Source: Candidatus Nomurabacteria bacterium (GTDB lineage Bacteria; Patescibacteriota; Minisyncoccia; Phycocordibacterales; UBA9973). Taken from it: a DNA stretch of 64,000 bases. Shown here in pieces: positions 1 to 9,680 of the stretch. Within the stretch, counting starts at the first letter, position 1. Each line of letters starts with the position of its first letter. Made by a program: the position numbers and the translations under genes. Below the pieces are notes generated by a model. That model was not told where the DNA came from. It was given only the letters and a program-made list of their open reading frames with translations, and did no database searches. The stretch is from the NCBI GenBank assembly GCA_003155695.1, contig PMDZ01000008.1:39362-103361 (forward strand), given 5' to 3'.

Positions 1-690
1 AGAAAAAAAGAAAATGCCAACGATTACCGTTATTTTCCCGACCCGGATTTGCCGAAATTATTCTTGAGTAAAGTTTTTGATATTGAAAAGATAAAGAGCG
101 AACTTCCAGAGTTGCCAGAAGCCAAAAGAAATCGCTATCGAAATGATTATGGAATTAAAGATGAAGATATTGAAAGTTATATTATTGACCAGAACCTAGG
201 AAACTGGTTCGAACAAGTTGCGAATAAATTTTTTCAAGGTATTTCCTCGCGTAGTGAAGCGGAGAGAGGTGATTCCTTAGAAAAAATTCGTATTGCTTCG
301 AACTATATCACTTCCGATTATTTGGGACTATTAAAAACAAATCCTGAAATTAAATTGCCAAGTTCTAATAGTTTTATTGAACTGATAGAGTTGATAACTG
401 ATGGTAAAATTTCTTCGCGTGGTGCCAAAGATATACTAGCGATGATTGTCATGAAAGATGAATCACCGATGAAAATTGCCGAAGAAAAAGGCTTAATACA
501 GAACCATGACGAAGAAGCCCTGAAAGAAATTGTCCAGAAAGTTATTGATGCCAATCCGACTGTTGTTGCTATTTATAAAGGCGGCAAGGAAAATGCTTTA
601 ATGTCATTGGTCGGCCAAATAATGAAAGAAACAAAAGGTAGTGCCAACCCAAGTCTTGTTCAGAAAATTTTAAAAGATATATTGTCATAA
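1..690 (+). CDS. gatB: Asp-tRNA(Asn)/Glu-tRNA(Gln) amidotransferase subunit B, 3' part (5' truncated by window)
   Basis: Frame is open from base 1: RKKENANDYRYFPDPDLP...LPELP..., C-terminal 'LVGQIMKETKGSANP' GatB/Yqey region. Confidence 0.97.
   Translation, partial: RKKENANDYRYFPDPDLPKLFLSKVFDIEKIKSELPELPEAKRNRYRNDYGIKDEDIESYIIDQNLGNWFEQVANKFFQGISSRSEAERGDSLEKIRIASNYITSDYLGLLKTNPEIKLPSSNSFIELIELITDGKISSRGAKDILAMIVMKDESPMKIAEEKGLIQNHDEEALKEIVQKVIDANPTVVAIYKGGKENALMSLVGQIMKETKGSANPSLVQKILKDILS
227..288. repeat. Palindromic element read in-frame inside gatB
   Basis: aattttttcaagg..tttcctc-gcgtagtgaagcggaga-gaggtgat..ccttagaaaaaatt is an imperfect inverted repeat encoding FFQGISSRSEAERGDSLEK. 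Confidence 0.6.
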
Positions 691-692
691 TT

Positions 693-917
693 ATGGAAAA
701 AGTAAAACCAGGAAAATATAAGCACCACAAAGGTCACATTTGTAGTGTTATAGGTATTGCGAAACATAGTGAAGACCCAAAAGTGTTATTTGTAATATAC
801 AAACATCCGGATGAAAACGGTGCAGACCAAATTTGGGCAAGGCCTATTGAAATATTTTTGGAAAATGTCGAGACAAATAATTATAAGGGACCTAGATTTG
901 AATATCTGGGCGAATAA
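693..917 (+). CDS. DUF1653 family protein
   Basis: G-K-Y-K-H-H-K-G...A-K-H-S-E...W-A-R-P...F...PRF pattern. Confidence 0.85.
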   Translation: MEKVKPGKYKHHKGHICSVIGIAKHSEDPKVLFVIYKHPDENGADQIWARPIEIFLENVETNNYKGPRFEYLGE

Positions 918-936
918 ATGGTAGAATATACTCATT

Positions 937-1986
937 ATGGATACAAAAAAAATTAGGGTTGCAATTAATGGTTTCGGAAGAATTGGGCGGGCATTTTTAA
1001 AAATTTCGTGGGAAAGAGAAGATATCGAGATTGTTGCCATCAATGACCTTGGTTCTATCCAAAGTTTGGCTTATCTTCTTCGACACGATACAGTTTATAA
1101 AAACTGGAATCATCCTGTGCAAGCCGATAGCAATCCGGACGGAACAAATGCAAGTTTAATTATTGACGACAAAAAAATAGCATTTATTTCGGAGAAAGAC
1201 ACGACCAAACTTCCTTGGAAGGATTTGGATATAGATGTTGTTGTTGAATCGACCGGACTTTTCACCTCGTTTGATAAAGCAAAATTCCATATTGATTGCG
1301 GAGCCAAGAAAGTTGTCATCAGTGCACCGTCAAAAGGTGCCGACAGTACTGTTCCCGGAGAAACTATTCTTATGGGCATAAATGAAGAGAAGTTCGGCAT
1401 TTGTGATATTACTTCCAATGCTTCCTGTACGACAAATGCTGCTTCGCCACTTATTGCAATAATTCACGAATCCATTGGTATAGAAAAGGCCATATTAAAT
1501 ACAGTTCACGGCTATACGGCTTCACAAGCCCTTGTTGATGGTCCAAGCAAGAAAGACCTGCGTGAGGGTCGCGCTGCCGCTTGCAACATCGTTCCAAGCT
1601 CAACAGGAGCCGCCATTGCTGTTACTGAAGCCTTTCCGGCATTGCAAGGACTCTTTGATGGCATATCTATTCGTGTTCCAGTTCCAGCAGGTTCGATAGT
1701 AGATATTACTTTCATCGCCAAGCGTCCAACTACAAAAGAAGAAGTGAATGAAATTTTAACAAAAGCTTCTCTTGACCCTAAATGGCAGAAATTATTTACT
1801 GTCACCGAAGATAATCTTGTCTCGTCTGACATCCTCGGAGAAAGCCACGCTTGTATTGCCGACCTGGAAATGACTCGCGTTGTCGGTGGAAATCTGGTCA
1901 AAGTTCTCGGTTGGTATGATAATGAGATGGGGTATACATATACTCTCGTAGATCACGTAGTAAAAACGGGGAATACAATCAAATAA
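937..1986 (+). CDS. gap: Type I glyceraldehyde-3-phosphate dehydrogenase
   Basis: INGFGRIGR, SNASCTTN, WYDNE motifs. Confidence 0.98.
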   Translation: MDTKKIRVAINGFGRIGRAFLKISWEREDIEIVAINDLGSIQSLAYLLRHDTVYKNWNHPVQADSNPDGTNASLIIDDKKIAFISEKDTTKLPWKDLDIDVVVESTGLFTSFDKAKFHIDCGAKKVVISAPSKGADSTVPGETILMGINEEKFGICDITSNASCTTNAASPLIAIIHESIGIEKAILNTVHGYTASQALVDGPSKKDLREGRAAACNIVPSSTGAAIAVTEAFPALQGLFDGISIRVPVPAGSIVDITFIAKRPTTKEEVNEILTKASLDPKWQKLFTVTEDNLVSSDILGESHACIADLEMTRVVGGNLVKVLGWYDNEMGYTYTLVDHVVKTGNTIK

Positions 1987-2004
1987 TTATTAGTTAAAAA
2001 AGTG

Positions 2005-2049
2005 AAAAGCCCTGTACTGCATTGTGACAGGGCTTTTGTTTTGTTTTTT
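2005..2049 (+). terminator. Intrinsic terminator (possibly bidirectional)
   Basis: aaaagccctgt...acagggctttt followed by a T-tract after gap. Confidence 0.8.
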
Positions 2050-2297
2050 CATATAGACCTATATATCTATCATGAAGGAAAAATTATTTGATTCCTGAGT
2101 TAAATAAACTAAATAAACCCAGAATGCTTTGAATGCGCTTGAGTCATTCGCTACATATTAAAGAACAAATAAAACCTGTCATTGTTGGGATTTATTTATC
2201 CGGACGAGGACTCCTACACTTGTCGTTTGAGCTTCACTTCGCCTCTCAACAATCTATTAAATAGCATTATATACTATAACAATAAAATTGTCAAGTA

Positions 2298-3104
2298 TTA
2301 TTTTATTTCTCCTTTAAATACAAAAGTTGCCGGACCACGGAGAATAATTTCTCCTTCGGGATTTTCCGATAAGAATAATTTTCCGCCAGGGAATTCCAGG
2401 GTAATTTCTTTCAGATTTTTGTTTTTCTTTTTCAGGATTGCATAGACAGCGCAAGCGCCGGTGCCACAAGCAAGAGTAAGGCCACAACCACGCTCCCAGA
2501 CTTTCACTTTGCAATAATCATCTTTGACTTTTTCAACGAACTCAACGTTTATTTTATTTGGAAAGTGATAATCTTTTTCTACCTCTGGCCCAACCGAAGG
2601 TACATCATAATCATCCAAGCTATCAACCATAACTACGGCATGCGGATTACCCATAGAGACACATTCAAAAGTCAAACCTTCTATACTAAGTTCTCCGCTC
2701 GGAAAGTCAGGGTGAGTAAAGACCGGAGCTCCCATATTAACGCTATAGGTGTCATCTTTGTTTATTTTTACATTTTTTATTCCGGCCCTAGTATCGATAT
2801 TTAATTCTTTCGGATGAGATTCCTGTCTGCTGGTAGGCGATGTTGTTTGCTCAAGGTAGAATTTAGCCGTGCAACGTACACCATTTCCACACATTTCAGC
2901 ATCGGTTCCATCGGAATTATAATAATTCATAAAACAATCTCCTTTTTTTGAAGACTCAAGTAATATAATTCCATCAGCACCGATGCCAAAATGCCTATCG
3001 CAAATGGATTTTATATACTCTCCCTTGAGTTTTATATCTCCCTTTAGGTTATTTATCATTATAAAGTCATTCCCATCGCCTTCATATTTTTCGAATTTAA
3101 TCAT
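2298..3104 (-). CDS. dapF: Diaminopimelate epimerase
   Basis: GNDF, GADG, EMCGNG, GNPH, ERGCG..ACGTG motifs. Confidence 0.96.
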   Translation of the reverse strand: MIKFEKYEGDGNDFIMINNLKGDIKLKGEYIKSICDRHFGIGADGIILLESSKKGDCFMNYYNSDGTDAEMCGNGVRCTAKFYLEQTTSPTSRQESHPKELNIDTRAGIKNVKINKDDTYSVNMGAPVFTHPDFPSGELSIEGLTFECVSMGNPHAVVMVDSLDDYDVPSVGPEVEKDYHFPNKINVEFVEKVKDDYCKVKVWERGCGLTLACGTGACAVYAILKKKNKNLKEITLEFPGGKLFLSENPEGEIILRGPATFVFKGEIK

Positions 3105-3135
3105 GTGTTTATTATAACCTATATTATAATTATAT

Positions 3136-3248
3136 AAAAATTTGAAATAATCTTCTCAAAGAGCACGGATATTTTTCTGCTGAAAAATTCCTCGTGTTCG
3201 CTCCGTCGAGCCTCACAAGTCTCTTTGATAAGGCTATTTCAAATTTTT
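3136..3248. repeat. Family B long hairpin element, copy 1
   Basis: Core gcacggatatttttctgctgaaaaattcctcgtg is shared (inverted) with 11307-11423; arms aaaaatttgaaata..tcaaagag / ctctttga..tatttcaaattttt. Confidence 0.85.
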
Positions 3249-3272
3249 GATTTATTGCTATAATGTAAACAT

Positions 3273-3749
3273 ATGAAAATTTATATAGGAAGTGACCATG
3301 CAGGTTATGAATTAAAACAAAAACTCAAGGTTTTTATACAAGAACTTGGATATGAAGTGGACGATAAGGGTGCTTTTGCTTTAAATAATGACGATGATTT
3401 TACCGACTTCATAAAGCCGGTGGCCAAAGCAGTGGCGAGCAATGAAGGTAGTGTGGGTGTAATCCTAGGTGGTTCGGGAGAAGGTGAAGCAATATGCGCA
3501 AATAGATTTAAAGGAATTAGAGCAGTTGTTTATTATGGCGGAAAAGAATTTCAAAAAGATATTCTTGGAAATAAAATGGGAATAGTTGAAGGCGCACGCC
3601 TACACAACAACGCAAACATTATTTCTTTGGGTGCCCGTTTCCTAACTCTTAAAAAAGCAGAACAAGCGGTTAAACTTTTCTTGCAAACACCATTTTCAAA
3701 TGATGAACGTCACATTAGAAGAATTAATAAGCTAGAACTTGAAGCCTAG
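3273..3749 (+). CDS. rpiB: Ribose-5-phosphate isomerase B (GGSG-x-GE type, no catalytic Cys)
   Basis: GSDHAG, LGGSGEGE..AN, ARLHNNAN, RH.RR motifs. Confidence 0.93.
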   Translation: MKIYIGSDHAGYELKQKLKVFIQELGYEVDDKGAFALNNDDDFTDFIKPVAKAVASNEGSVGVILGGSGEGEAICANRFKGIRAVVYYGGKEFQKDILGNKMGIVEGARLHNNANIISLGARFLTLKKAEQAVKLFLQTPFSNDERHIRRINKLELEA

Positions 3750-3761
3750 TACCAAATTATT

Positions 3762-4448
3762 ATGACCGAAGTAACCCCGGCAGTTCTTGTCAAAGATTTT
3801 GACGAGTTAAAAGAAAAATTATCAAAATTTGTAAATATTACCAAGATGGTGCAAATTGATATTTGCGATGGAAAATTTGTGCCGTCAATCTCTTGGCCAA
3901 TGGGAAAAAATGACGGTGACAGTGTGGAGTCAATATTAAACGAGGAGGAAGGACTGCCATTTTGGGAACATTTGGATTTTGAGTTTGACCTTATGGTATT
4001 GAATGCTCACAAAAAGTTCGACTTTTTTGCACGTCTTGGCGCCAAAAAAATTATTTTTCATATTGAAGCAGAAACAGAAAAGGACTTTAAAGAATTCTTG
4101 GAATCTCTTGACCCATATTTCAAGGATAATGTCGAAATAGGACTTGCTATCAACACGACGACCGACATAAACAAACTTGAACCATTTATTAATTGCGTGG
4201 ACTTCATTCAATGTATGGGCATAGAAAAAATAGGCTTTCAGGGTGAACCATTTGATGAGAGAGTCTTAAATCAGATTAAAAATTTAAAATTAAAGTATCC
4301 GGAAATTAAAATAAATGTAGATGGCAGTGTAAATGAAAACACTGCACCATTACTCATAAAAGCTGGCGCCGACAGGCTCGTTATTGGTTCTTTATTACTT
4401 CAAAGCTATGATATAAAAGAAACAATTAAGGAGTTTGAGAGATTATAA
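3762..4448 (+). CDS. rpe: Ribulose-phosphate 3-epimerase (divergent)
   Basis: IDICDGKFVP, LMV, M...GFQG, VDG, GAD..V.GS motifs; lies between rpiB and tkt. Confidence 0.88.
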   Translation: MTEVTPAVLVKDFDELKEKLSKFVNITKMVQIDICDGKFVPSISWPMGKNDGDSVESILNEEEGLPFWEHLDFEFDLMVLNAHKKFDFFARLGAKKIIFHIEAETEKDFKEFLESLDPYFKDNVEIGLAINTTTDINKLEPFINCVDFIQCMGIEKIGFQGEPFDERVLNQIKNLKLKYPEIKINVDGSVNENTAPLLIKAGADRLVIGSLLLQSYDIKETIKEFERL

Positions 4449-4480
4449 AAAAAGATTATATTTTGGTAGAATATATATTA

Positions 4481-5320
4481 ATGGAAACCTTAACTGATGC
4501 AAAAATTAAAGAATTGAAAGTTATAGCGAACAATATTCGCAAAAGTATTGTGGAAATGCTTTGCGAGGCTGGTTCTGGTCATACCGCAGGACCACTTGGA
4601 ATGGCGGATATTTTCACCTTACTATATTTTCATATATTAAAACATGACCCGAAAAATCCTCTCTGGGTAAATCGCGACAGATTAGTTCTCTCAAATGGTC
4701 ATATCTGCCCAGTTTTATATGCAGCAATGGCCGAATCAGGATATTTCGGAAAAGAAGAATTAAAAACTTTACGCAAATTTGGTTCGCGCCTTCAAGGTCA
4801 TCCACATCGCGAATTCATGCCTTGGGTTGAGACTTCATCCGGCCCACTTGGTTCCGGTCTTTCGCAGGCTGTTGGAATGGCCATCGTAGAAAAAATATAT
4901 GGTGGACACAGAACTATTTATGCAATTTTATCCGATGGTGAACATGACGAAGGTAATACTTGGGAAGCGATAATGCTTGCCGGCAAAGAAAAACTTTCCA
5001 ATCTTATTGTTATCGTTGATAGGAATAAAATCCAAATAGAAGGGAACACCGAGAGAGTTATGCCGCTTGGGAATTTGAAGGAAAAATATGAATCTTTCGG
5101 CTGGAATGCTGAGGATGTGGATGGACATAATTTCTTTGAGATTAACAGTGCAATATACAAAGCAAAAATTAATAAAGGAACTCCCTCTGTTATTATTGCT
5201 CACACGATACCCGGGAAAGGAGTGAAAGAATGGGAAAATGATTATCGTTGGCACGGTATTGCTCCCAATAAAGAACAGGCCCAAATGGCCTTGGAAGAAT
5301 TGGACAAAGAACTTAAATAA
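4481..5320 (+). CDS. Transketolase, N-terminal (TPP-binding) subunit
   Basis: GSGH, DRLVLSNGH, LQGHP, SDGE..EG motifs; ATG at 4481 chosen because it follows a TGGTAGAAT -10 box. Confidence 0.95.
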   Translation: METLTDAKIKELKVIANNIRKSIVEMLCEAGSGHTAGPLGMADIFTLLYFHILKHDPKNPLWVNRDRLVLSNGHICPVLYAAMAESGYFGKEELKTLRKFGSRLQGHPHREFMPWVETSSGPLGSGLSQAVGMAIVEKIYGGHRTIYAILSDGEHDEGNTWEAIMLAGKEKLSNLIVIVDRNKIQIEGNTERVMPLGNLKEKYESFGWNAEDVDGHNFFEINSAIYKAKINKGTPSVIIAHTIPGKGVKEWENDYRWHGIAPNKEQAQMALEELDKELK

Positions 5321-5324
5321 CTAC

Positions 5325-6323
5325 ATGCTTAATCAAGATTTAAAATTAAATACAAAAGTTTTTAATGACGATGTCGAGAAAATCGCAACTCGCCAAGGAT
5401 TCGGTGAAGGTTTACTGAAAGCTGGGGAAGAAAATGAAAATATTGTCGCTTTATCCGCCGACTTGACGGAATCCACCAAAGCGAATCTCTTCGCCGACAG
5501 ATTCCCCGAAAGATTTATTCAGGTTGGAGTCGCAGAACAAAATTTAGTTAGTGTCGCAAGTGGCATGGCTTTAATGGGCAAAATTCCCTTTGCGACTTCG
5601 TATGCCATATTCAATCCAGGTCGCAACTGGGAGCAAATCAGAACTACTATTTGTTATAACAATCAACCTGTAAAAATTATCGGGTCGCATGGAGGACTTT
5701 CTGTCGGTCCTGATGGTGGGAGTCATCAGATGCTTGAGGACATAGCCCTGACTCGTGTTATTCCAAATCTAGTCGTCATCTCGCCATGTGATGCTATTGA
5801 AGCCAAGAAAGCGACAGTAGAATGTGCAAAAACCCAAGATCCGACGTATATCCGACTTGCCCGTAACAACACGCCAATAATTACGACAGACGAAACTCAA
5901 TTTGAAATTGGAAAAGCCCAAATAGTTTTTGTTCCAGAAGTTGGGCTTGCTCATGTGGGAATAATTGCTACCGGTCCAATTTTATATAAAGCATTAATCG
6001 CCGCTCATGAATTGGAAAAAATGGGGACAAAGGTCAAGGTTATGAATCTATCGACGATTAAGCCACTCGACACTGAAGCAGTTATTACTCTGGCTAAAGA
6101 GACAAAAGCCATAGTTACAGTTGAAGACCACCAAATAGCTGGTGGAATGGGAAGTGCTGTGGCAGAGTGTTTAGCTTCTAATTATATAGTTCCGATAGAA
6201 TTTGTCGGAGTAGACAACAAATTCGGCCAGTCGGGCACACCAAGCGAACTCGAAAAATATTACAAAATAGATACTCCGGATATTATCGAAAAAGCTCAAA
6301 AGGTTTTAAAAAGGAAATTTTAA
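5325..6323 (+). CDS. Transketolase, C-terminal subunit
   Basis: GVAEQN, DGGSHQ, YIRLAR, TVEDH..GG motifs. Confidence 0.95.
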   Translation: MLNQDLKLNTKVFNDDVEKIATRQGFGEGLLKAGEENENIVALSADLTESTKANLFADRFPERFIQVGVAEQNLVSVASGMALMGKIPFATSYAIFNPGRNWEQIRTTICYNNQPVKIIGSHGGLSVGPDGGSHQMLEDIALTRVIPNLVVISPCDAIEAKKATVECAKTQDPTYIRLARNNTPIITTDETQFEIGKAQIVFVPEVGLAHVGIIATGPILYKALIAAHELEKMGTKVKVMNLSTIKPLDTEAVITLAKETKAIVTVEDHQIAGGMGSAVAECLASNYIVPIEFVGVDNKFGQSGTPSELEKYYKIDTPDIIEKAQKVLKRKF

Positions 6324-7333
6324 TTTATTTTAGTCGGTTTATAATCCGCCTGCATTTTTTTGATGTATTCTTCCATTTGCACCATTGTCAAAAGTCCTTT
6401 GTGAGGGCCAACATACAATACTACTGATGCCGCATTTGCTGCTCCCCACATAAGTGCTTCGGATATATCTTTCCCTAACGTCAAAGCTGAAATAAAAGCT
6501 CCGGAGAATGCATCTCCTGCTCCGGTACTTTCAACAGTATCTTGATAATATGCCTTCATAAATAGTACTTCGGTACCATCGTAAGAATAGGAACCATTAA
6601 TACCATCCGTGATTACGACAATTTTTGGGCCGAGGTCGTGCATCATTTTTACCAATTTAGGCAAATCTCTTTCGTCTATCCCCAAAATCTTTTGTGCTTC
6701 TTCGTGATTACAAAAGAAAACATCTGTTCTTTTGTAAATATCACTAAGTGCATCTTTCCCAAGTTTAATCTGTAAAGTTCCAGGCTCAAACGCTAGCTTT
6801 ACATTTGTATGTTTTTTTAAATAATCCATTATTTCGTTATGGAAAGAAATAGAGTTTTCACCCAAAGAACTTAGATATACCCAAGTCGGAGTTACATATT
6901 CTTTTGATTCTTCTCGATTATTCCATTCATAATGATATTTTTCATGTTTAACCAAAATAGTCCGCTCTTTACCATACCAAAGCACGTAATGATAATTTGT
7001 CGGCAATCCATTCTCTCTTTTTATGAATGTTGTATCAACATTTTCCTTTTTTAGTACATCGAGACATGTGATTCCATTTTGGTCATCCCCGATATTTGTC
7101 ATTAAGGCAGATTTAAGTCCAAGACGGCTGGTAGCTACTGCTATATTTGAACTATTGCCGACCGCATAACAAATTTCCGACGATTCGTAAGGAATTTTTC
7201 CTCCATAATTAACACACAATTTACAATGCTCTCCTTCAAGGTCACACATTGCTTCGGCTTCCACAATTTTAATAAATACATCTATGGCAATGTCGCCAAC
7301 GGCTAAAATATTAATTTGTTTATTTGTATCCAT
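6320..7333 (-). CDS. PfkB family carbohydrate kinase
   Basis: N..EA, VITDG, STGAGDAF motifs. Confidence 0.92.
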   Translation of the reverse strand: MDTNKQINILAVGDIAIDVFIKIVEAEAMCDLEGEHCKLCVNYGGKIPYESSEICYAVGNSSNIAVATSRLGLKSALMTNIGDDQNGITCLDVLKKENVDTTFIKRENGLPTNYHYVLWYGKERTILVKHEKYHYEWNNREESKEYVTPTWVYLSSLGENSISFHNEIMDYLKKHTNVKLAFEPGTLQIKLGKDALSDIYKRTDVFFCNHEEAQKILGIDERDLPKLVKMMHDLGPKIVVITDGINGSYSYDGTEVLFMKAYYQDTVESTGAGDAFSGAFISALTLGKDISEALMWGAANAASVVLYVGPHKGLLTMVQMEEYIKKMQADYKPTKIN

Positions 7334-7369
7334 ATATCTATTATATCATAATATGTTATAATTATTAAT

Positions 7370-8239
7370 ATGAAAACTTTAAGAGAATATATTAGTGAAG
7401 CAGAAGTAAAAAAAGTAGCCATAGGGCATTTTAATGTCTCAAATATCGAGGCTTTGCATGGTATTTACAATGCAGCGAAAAAGTTAAATGTCCCGGTTAT
7501 TATCGGAGTCTCGGAAGGCGAGGAAGACTTTATCGGCAGAGACGAAGTTGCGGTTTTAGTTAAAATGATTAGAGAAAGAGATAATTATCCAATTTTTCTG
7601 AATGCCGACCATCATTACACCTTTGAATCCGTTAAATCGGCGCTTGATACCGGATATGATGCGGCAATTATCGATGCGGTAAAACTACCACTTGCCGAAA
7701 ATATTATTTTGACAAAAAAGTGTGTGGATTATGCGAAAATTTTAAGTCAAAAAGAGGGAAGAGATATTTTAGTAGAGGCTGAGCTTGGATTTATCGGACA
7801 ATCATCAAAACTTCTTGATTCTGTTCCTGAAGGTGTATCCGAAGCGACAATGACAAAGCCCGAAGATGCAAAGACATTTGTTGAACAAACAGGAATAAAT
7901 TTACTTGCACCATCGGTTGGTAATGTACATGGTGTGGTCAAAGGAGGAAATCCAAGGTTGGATATAGAAAGAATTAAAGAAATAAAAAATGTGTGCGGTG
8001 TACCGCTGGTGCTCCATGGAGGTTCAGGAATTGCCGATGTTGATTTTACCAACGCGATTAAAGCCGGTATTTCCATCATTCACATCAATACCGAAATTCG
8101 TGTCGCCTATAAAGAAGCATTGGAAAAATATCTGAAAGAAAATCCGAACGAAATTGCTCCATATAAGTTTTTGAAACCTGCTGTAGATGCAATAGAACAA
8201 GTTGTCTATAATCGTTTAAAACTTTTCAATAATTTATAA
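7370..8239 (+). CDS. fba: Class II fructose-bisphosphate aldolase
   Basis: ADH, VEAELG, GNVHG, LVLHGGSG, NTE motifs. Confidence 0.93.
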   Translation: MKTLREYISEAEVKKVAIGHFNVSNIEALHGIYNAAKKLNVPVIIGVSEGEEDFIGRDEVAVLVKMIRERDNYPIFLNADHHYTFESVKSALDTGYDAAIIDAVKLPLAENIILTKKCVDYAKILSQKEGRDILVEAELGFIGQSSKLLDSVPEGVSEATMTKPEDAKTFVEQTGINLLAPSVGNVHGVVKGGNPRLDIERIKEIKNVCGVPLVLHGGSGIADVDFTNAIKAGISIIHINTEIRVAYKEALEKYLKENPNEIAPYKFLKPAVDAIEQVVYNRLKLFNNL

Positions 8240-8297
8240 AAAAACAGCCCGGTCAAAATTTGATCGAGCTGCAAATATTTGCAAATTGGTAGTTTGA

Positions 8298-8717
8298 TTA
8301 GATTGATGGTTCGTTCATTCTTATCTGGTAAATTTTATTTTGCCATTTGGAAATTTGCCTGTCTAATCTTAAAACTTTCCAAATCCAATCCACTACTTTT
8401 CGACGCCTTTCATTTCTCTTTTCGGCTTTTTCTAATTTTGAAATCACGTTTTCTTTTGTGAATTCCCAAATACTATTTTTTATTTCCATAATCTTTGACT
8501 TATAACGCAAAGAAAAATAGAAAATAAAAGAAACTACAGTAAGTGTGACAAAAGAAATAGCAATTAGCGTTATGTTTTTTGATTTCGACATTGCCACACT
8601 CAAAAAAGTTATCAATGCGCCAAGTACAATTGACCAAAAGCTACACCATGCATACTCTCTGAAAATGAGTGTCCTGCGAGAATTTGAAATTAATTGAAGT
8701 TCTTTCTGATTCTTCAT
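8298..8717 (-). CDS. Orphan membrane protein (2 TM)
   Basis: 139-aa ORF with two hydrophobic segments; a -10-like box lies upstream. Confidence 0.6.
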   Translation of the reverse strand: MKNQKELQLISNSRRTLIFREYAWCSFWSIVLGALITFLSVAMSKSKNITLIAISFVTLTVVSFIFYFSLRYKSKIMEIKNSIWEFTKENVISKLEKAEKRNERRRKVVDWIWKVLRLDRQISKWQNKIYQIRMNEPSI

Positions 8718-8879
8718 CTTGTTAATTTTTAGAGTTATTACTTATGAATACTATAATTTACCAATTTATCGCAACAATAGCACAAAATAGCTCTTTTGTA
8801 TAGCTCAATAATTTTTTAATACATCAGATATGCAATTGTACGCTTGCAAACAGCAGATTATAATGTTATTATCGCACCT

Positions 8880-9617
8880 ATGAATATATTAACCGCTACA
8901 AAGCGAAGTAAGAACGACAATCTTGGCGTTATACGAAATAACGGTATGATTCCCGGAGTCGTCTATGGCGTTCGTGTGGAAAACACTATGGTTTCCGTCT
9001 CGAGCATCGACTTCGAAAAAATATTAAAAATCGCCGGTGAATCGAGCACAATAGTTTTGGAAATAAAAGAGGAAGCAACAAAAGATAAGACCAAGGACCT
9101 GTCCACGAAGGCGGAAACATCTCAAAAAGTAGATGTTCTCATTCATGATATCCAAGTAGACCCAGTTAAGGGAAATTCTCGCCATATAGATTTTCTTGCT
9201 ATTGATATGAACAAAGCAATTATCGTTAAAGTTCCTATTGAATTTATCGGATTGGCTCCGGCCGAGAAAGATGGCCTTGGTGTTTTGGTAAAAGTTCTCC
9301 ATGAATTGGAAATTGAAGCTTTGCCAAAAGATTTACCTCACAATGTAACTGTTGATGTCTCTGTTCTTCTTGCTCTTTCCGACCAAATTCACGTTAAAGA
9401 TATAGTTGTTTCAAAGACAGTGACTGTAAAAACACACGCGGATGAAGTGGTTGCCCTTATTGGAGCAATTAAAGAAGAGCCGGTAGAAGAAGTTCCTGTA
9501 GACTTGTCGGCAATTGAAGTTGAAAAGAAAGGTAAACAGGAAGAAGAAGGCGCTGAGCCAACAGCCGAAACACCTGAGAGGACAGAGAAAACTGAAAAAG
9601 TAGAAAAAACTAAATAA
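8880..9617 (+). CDS. rplY: 50S ribosomal protein bL25/Ctc
   Basis: IPGVVYG, Q.DPV...HIDF, V.VPI..., LP..I.VD motifs and acidic tail; start moved to MNILT. Confidence 0.95.
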   Translation: MNILTATKRSKNDNLGVIRNNGMIPGVVYGVRVENTMVSVSSIDFEKILKIAGESSTIVLEIKEEATKDKTKDLSTKAETSQKVDVLIHDIQVDPVKGNSRHIDFLAIDMNKAIIVKVPIEFIGLAPAEKDGLGVLVKVLHELEIEALPKDLPHNVTVDVSVLLALSDQIHVKDIVVSKTVTVKTHADEVVALIGAIKEEPVEEVPVDLSAIEVEKKGKQEEEGAEPTAETPERTEKTEKVEKTK

Positions 9618-9627
9618 TTAAATATTT

Positions 9628-9666
9628 ATAAAAACCTTCTTTAATTTATTTAAAGAGGGTTTTTAT
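9628..9666 (+). terminator. Intrinsic terminator
   Basis: ataaaaaccttcttta / taaagagggtttttat inverted repeat. Confidence 0.65.
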
Positions 9667-9680
9667 GATACAATATATAA

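Noticed and set aside
3273-3749. RpiB inactive because the catalytic Cys is missing
   Set aside because: GGSG-x-GE matches the known Glu-base RpiB subtype seen in Mycobacterium.
4481-6323. Split transketolase as a pseudogene
   Set aside because: Two-subunit transketolases are common and both halves are intact.
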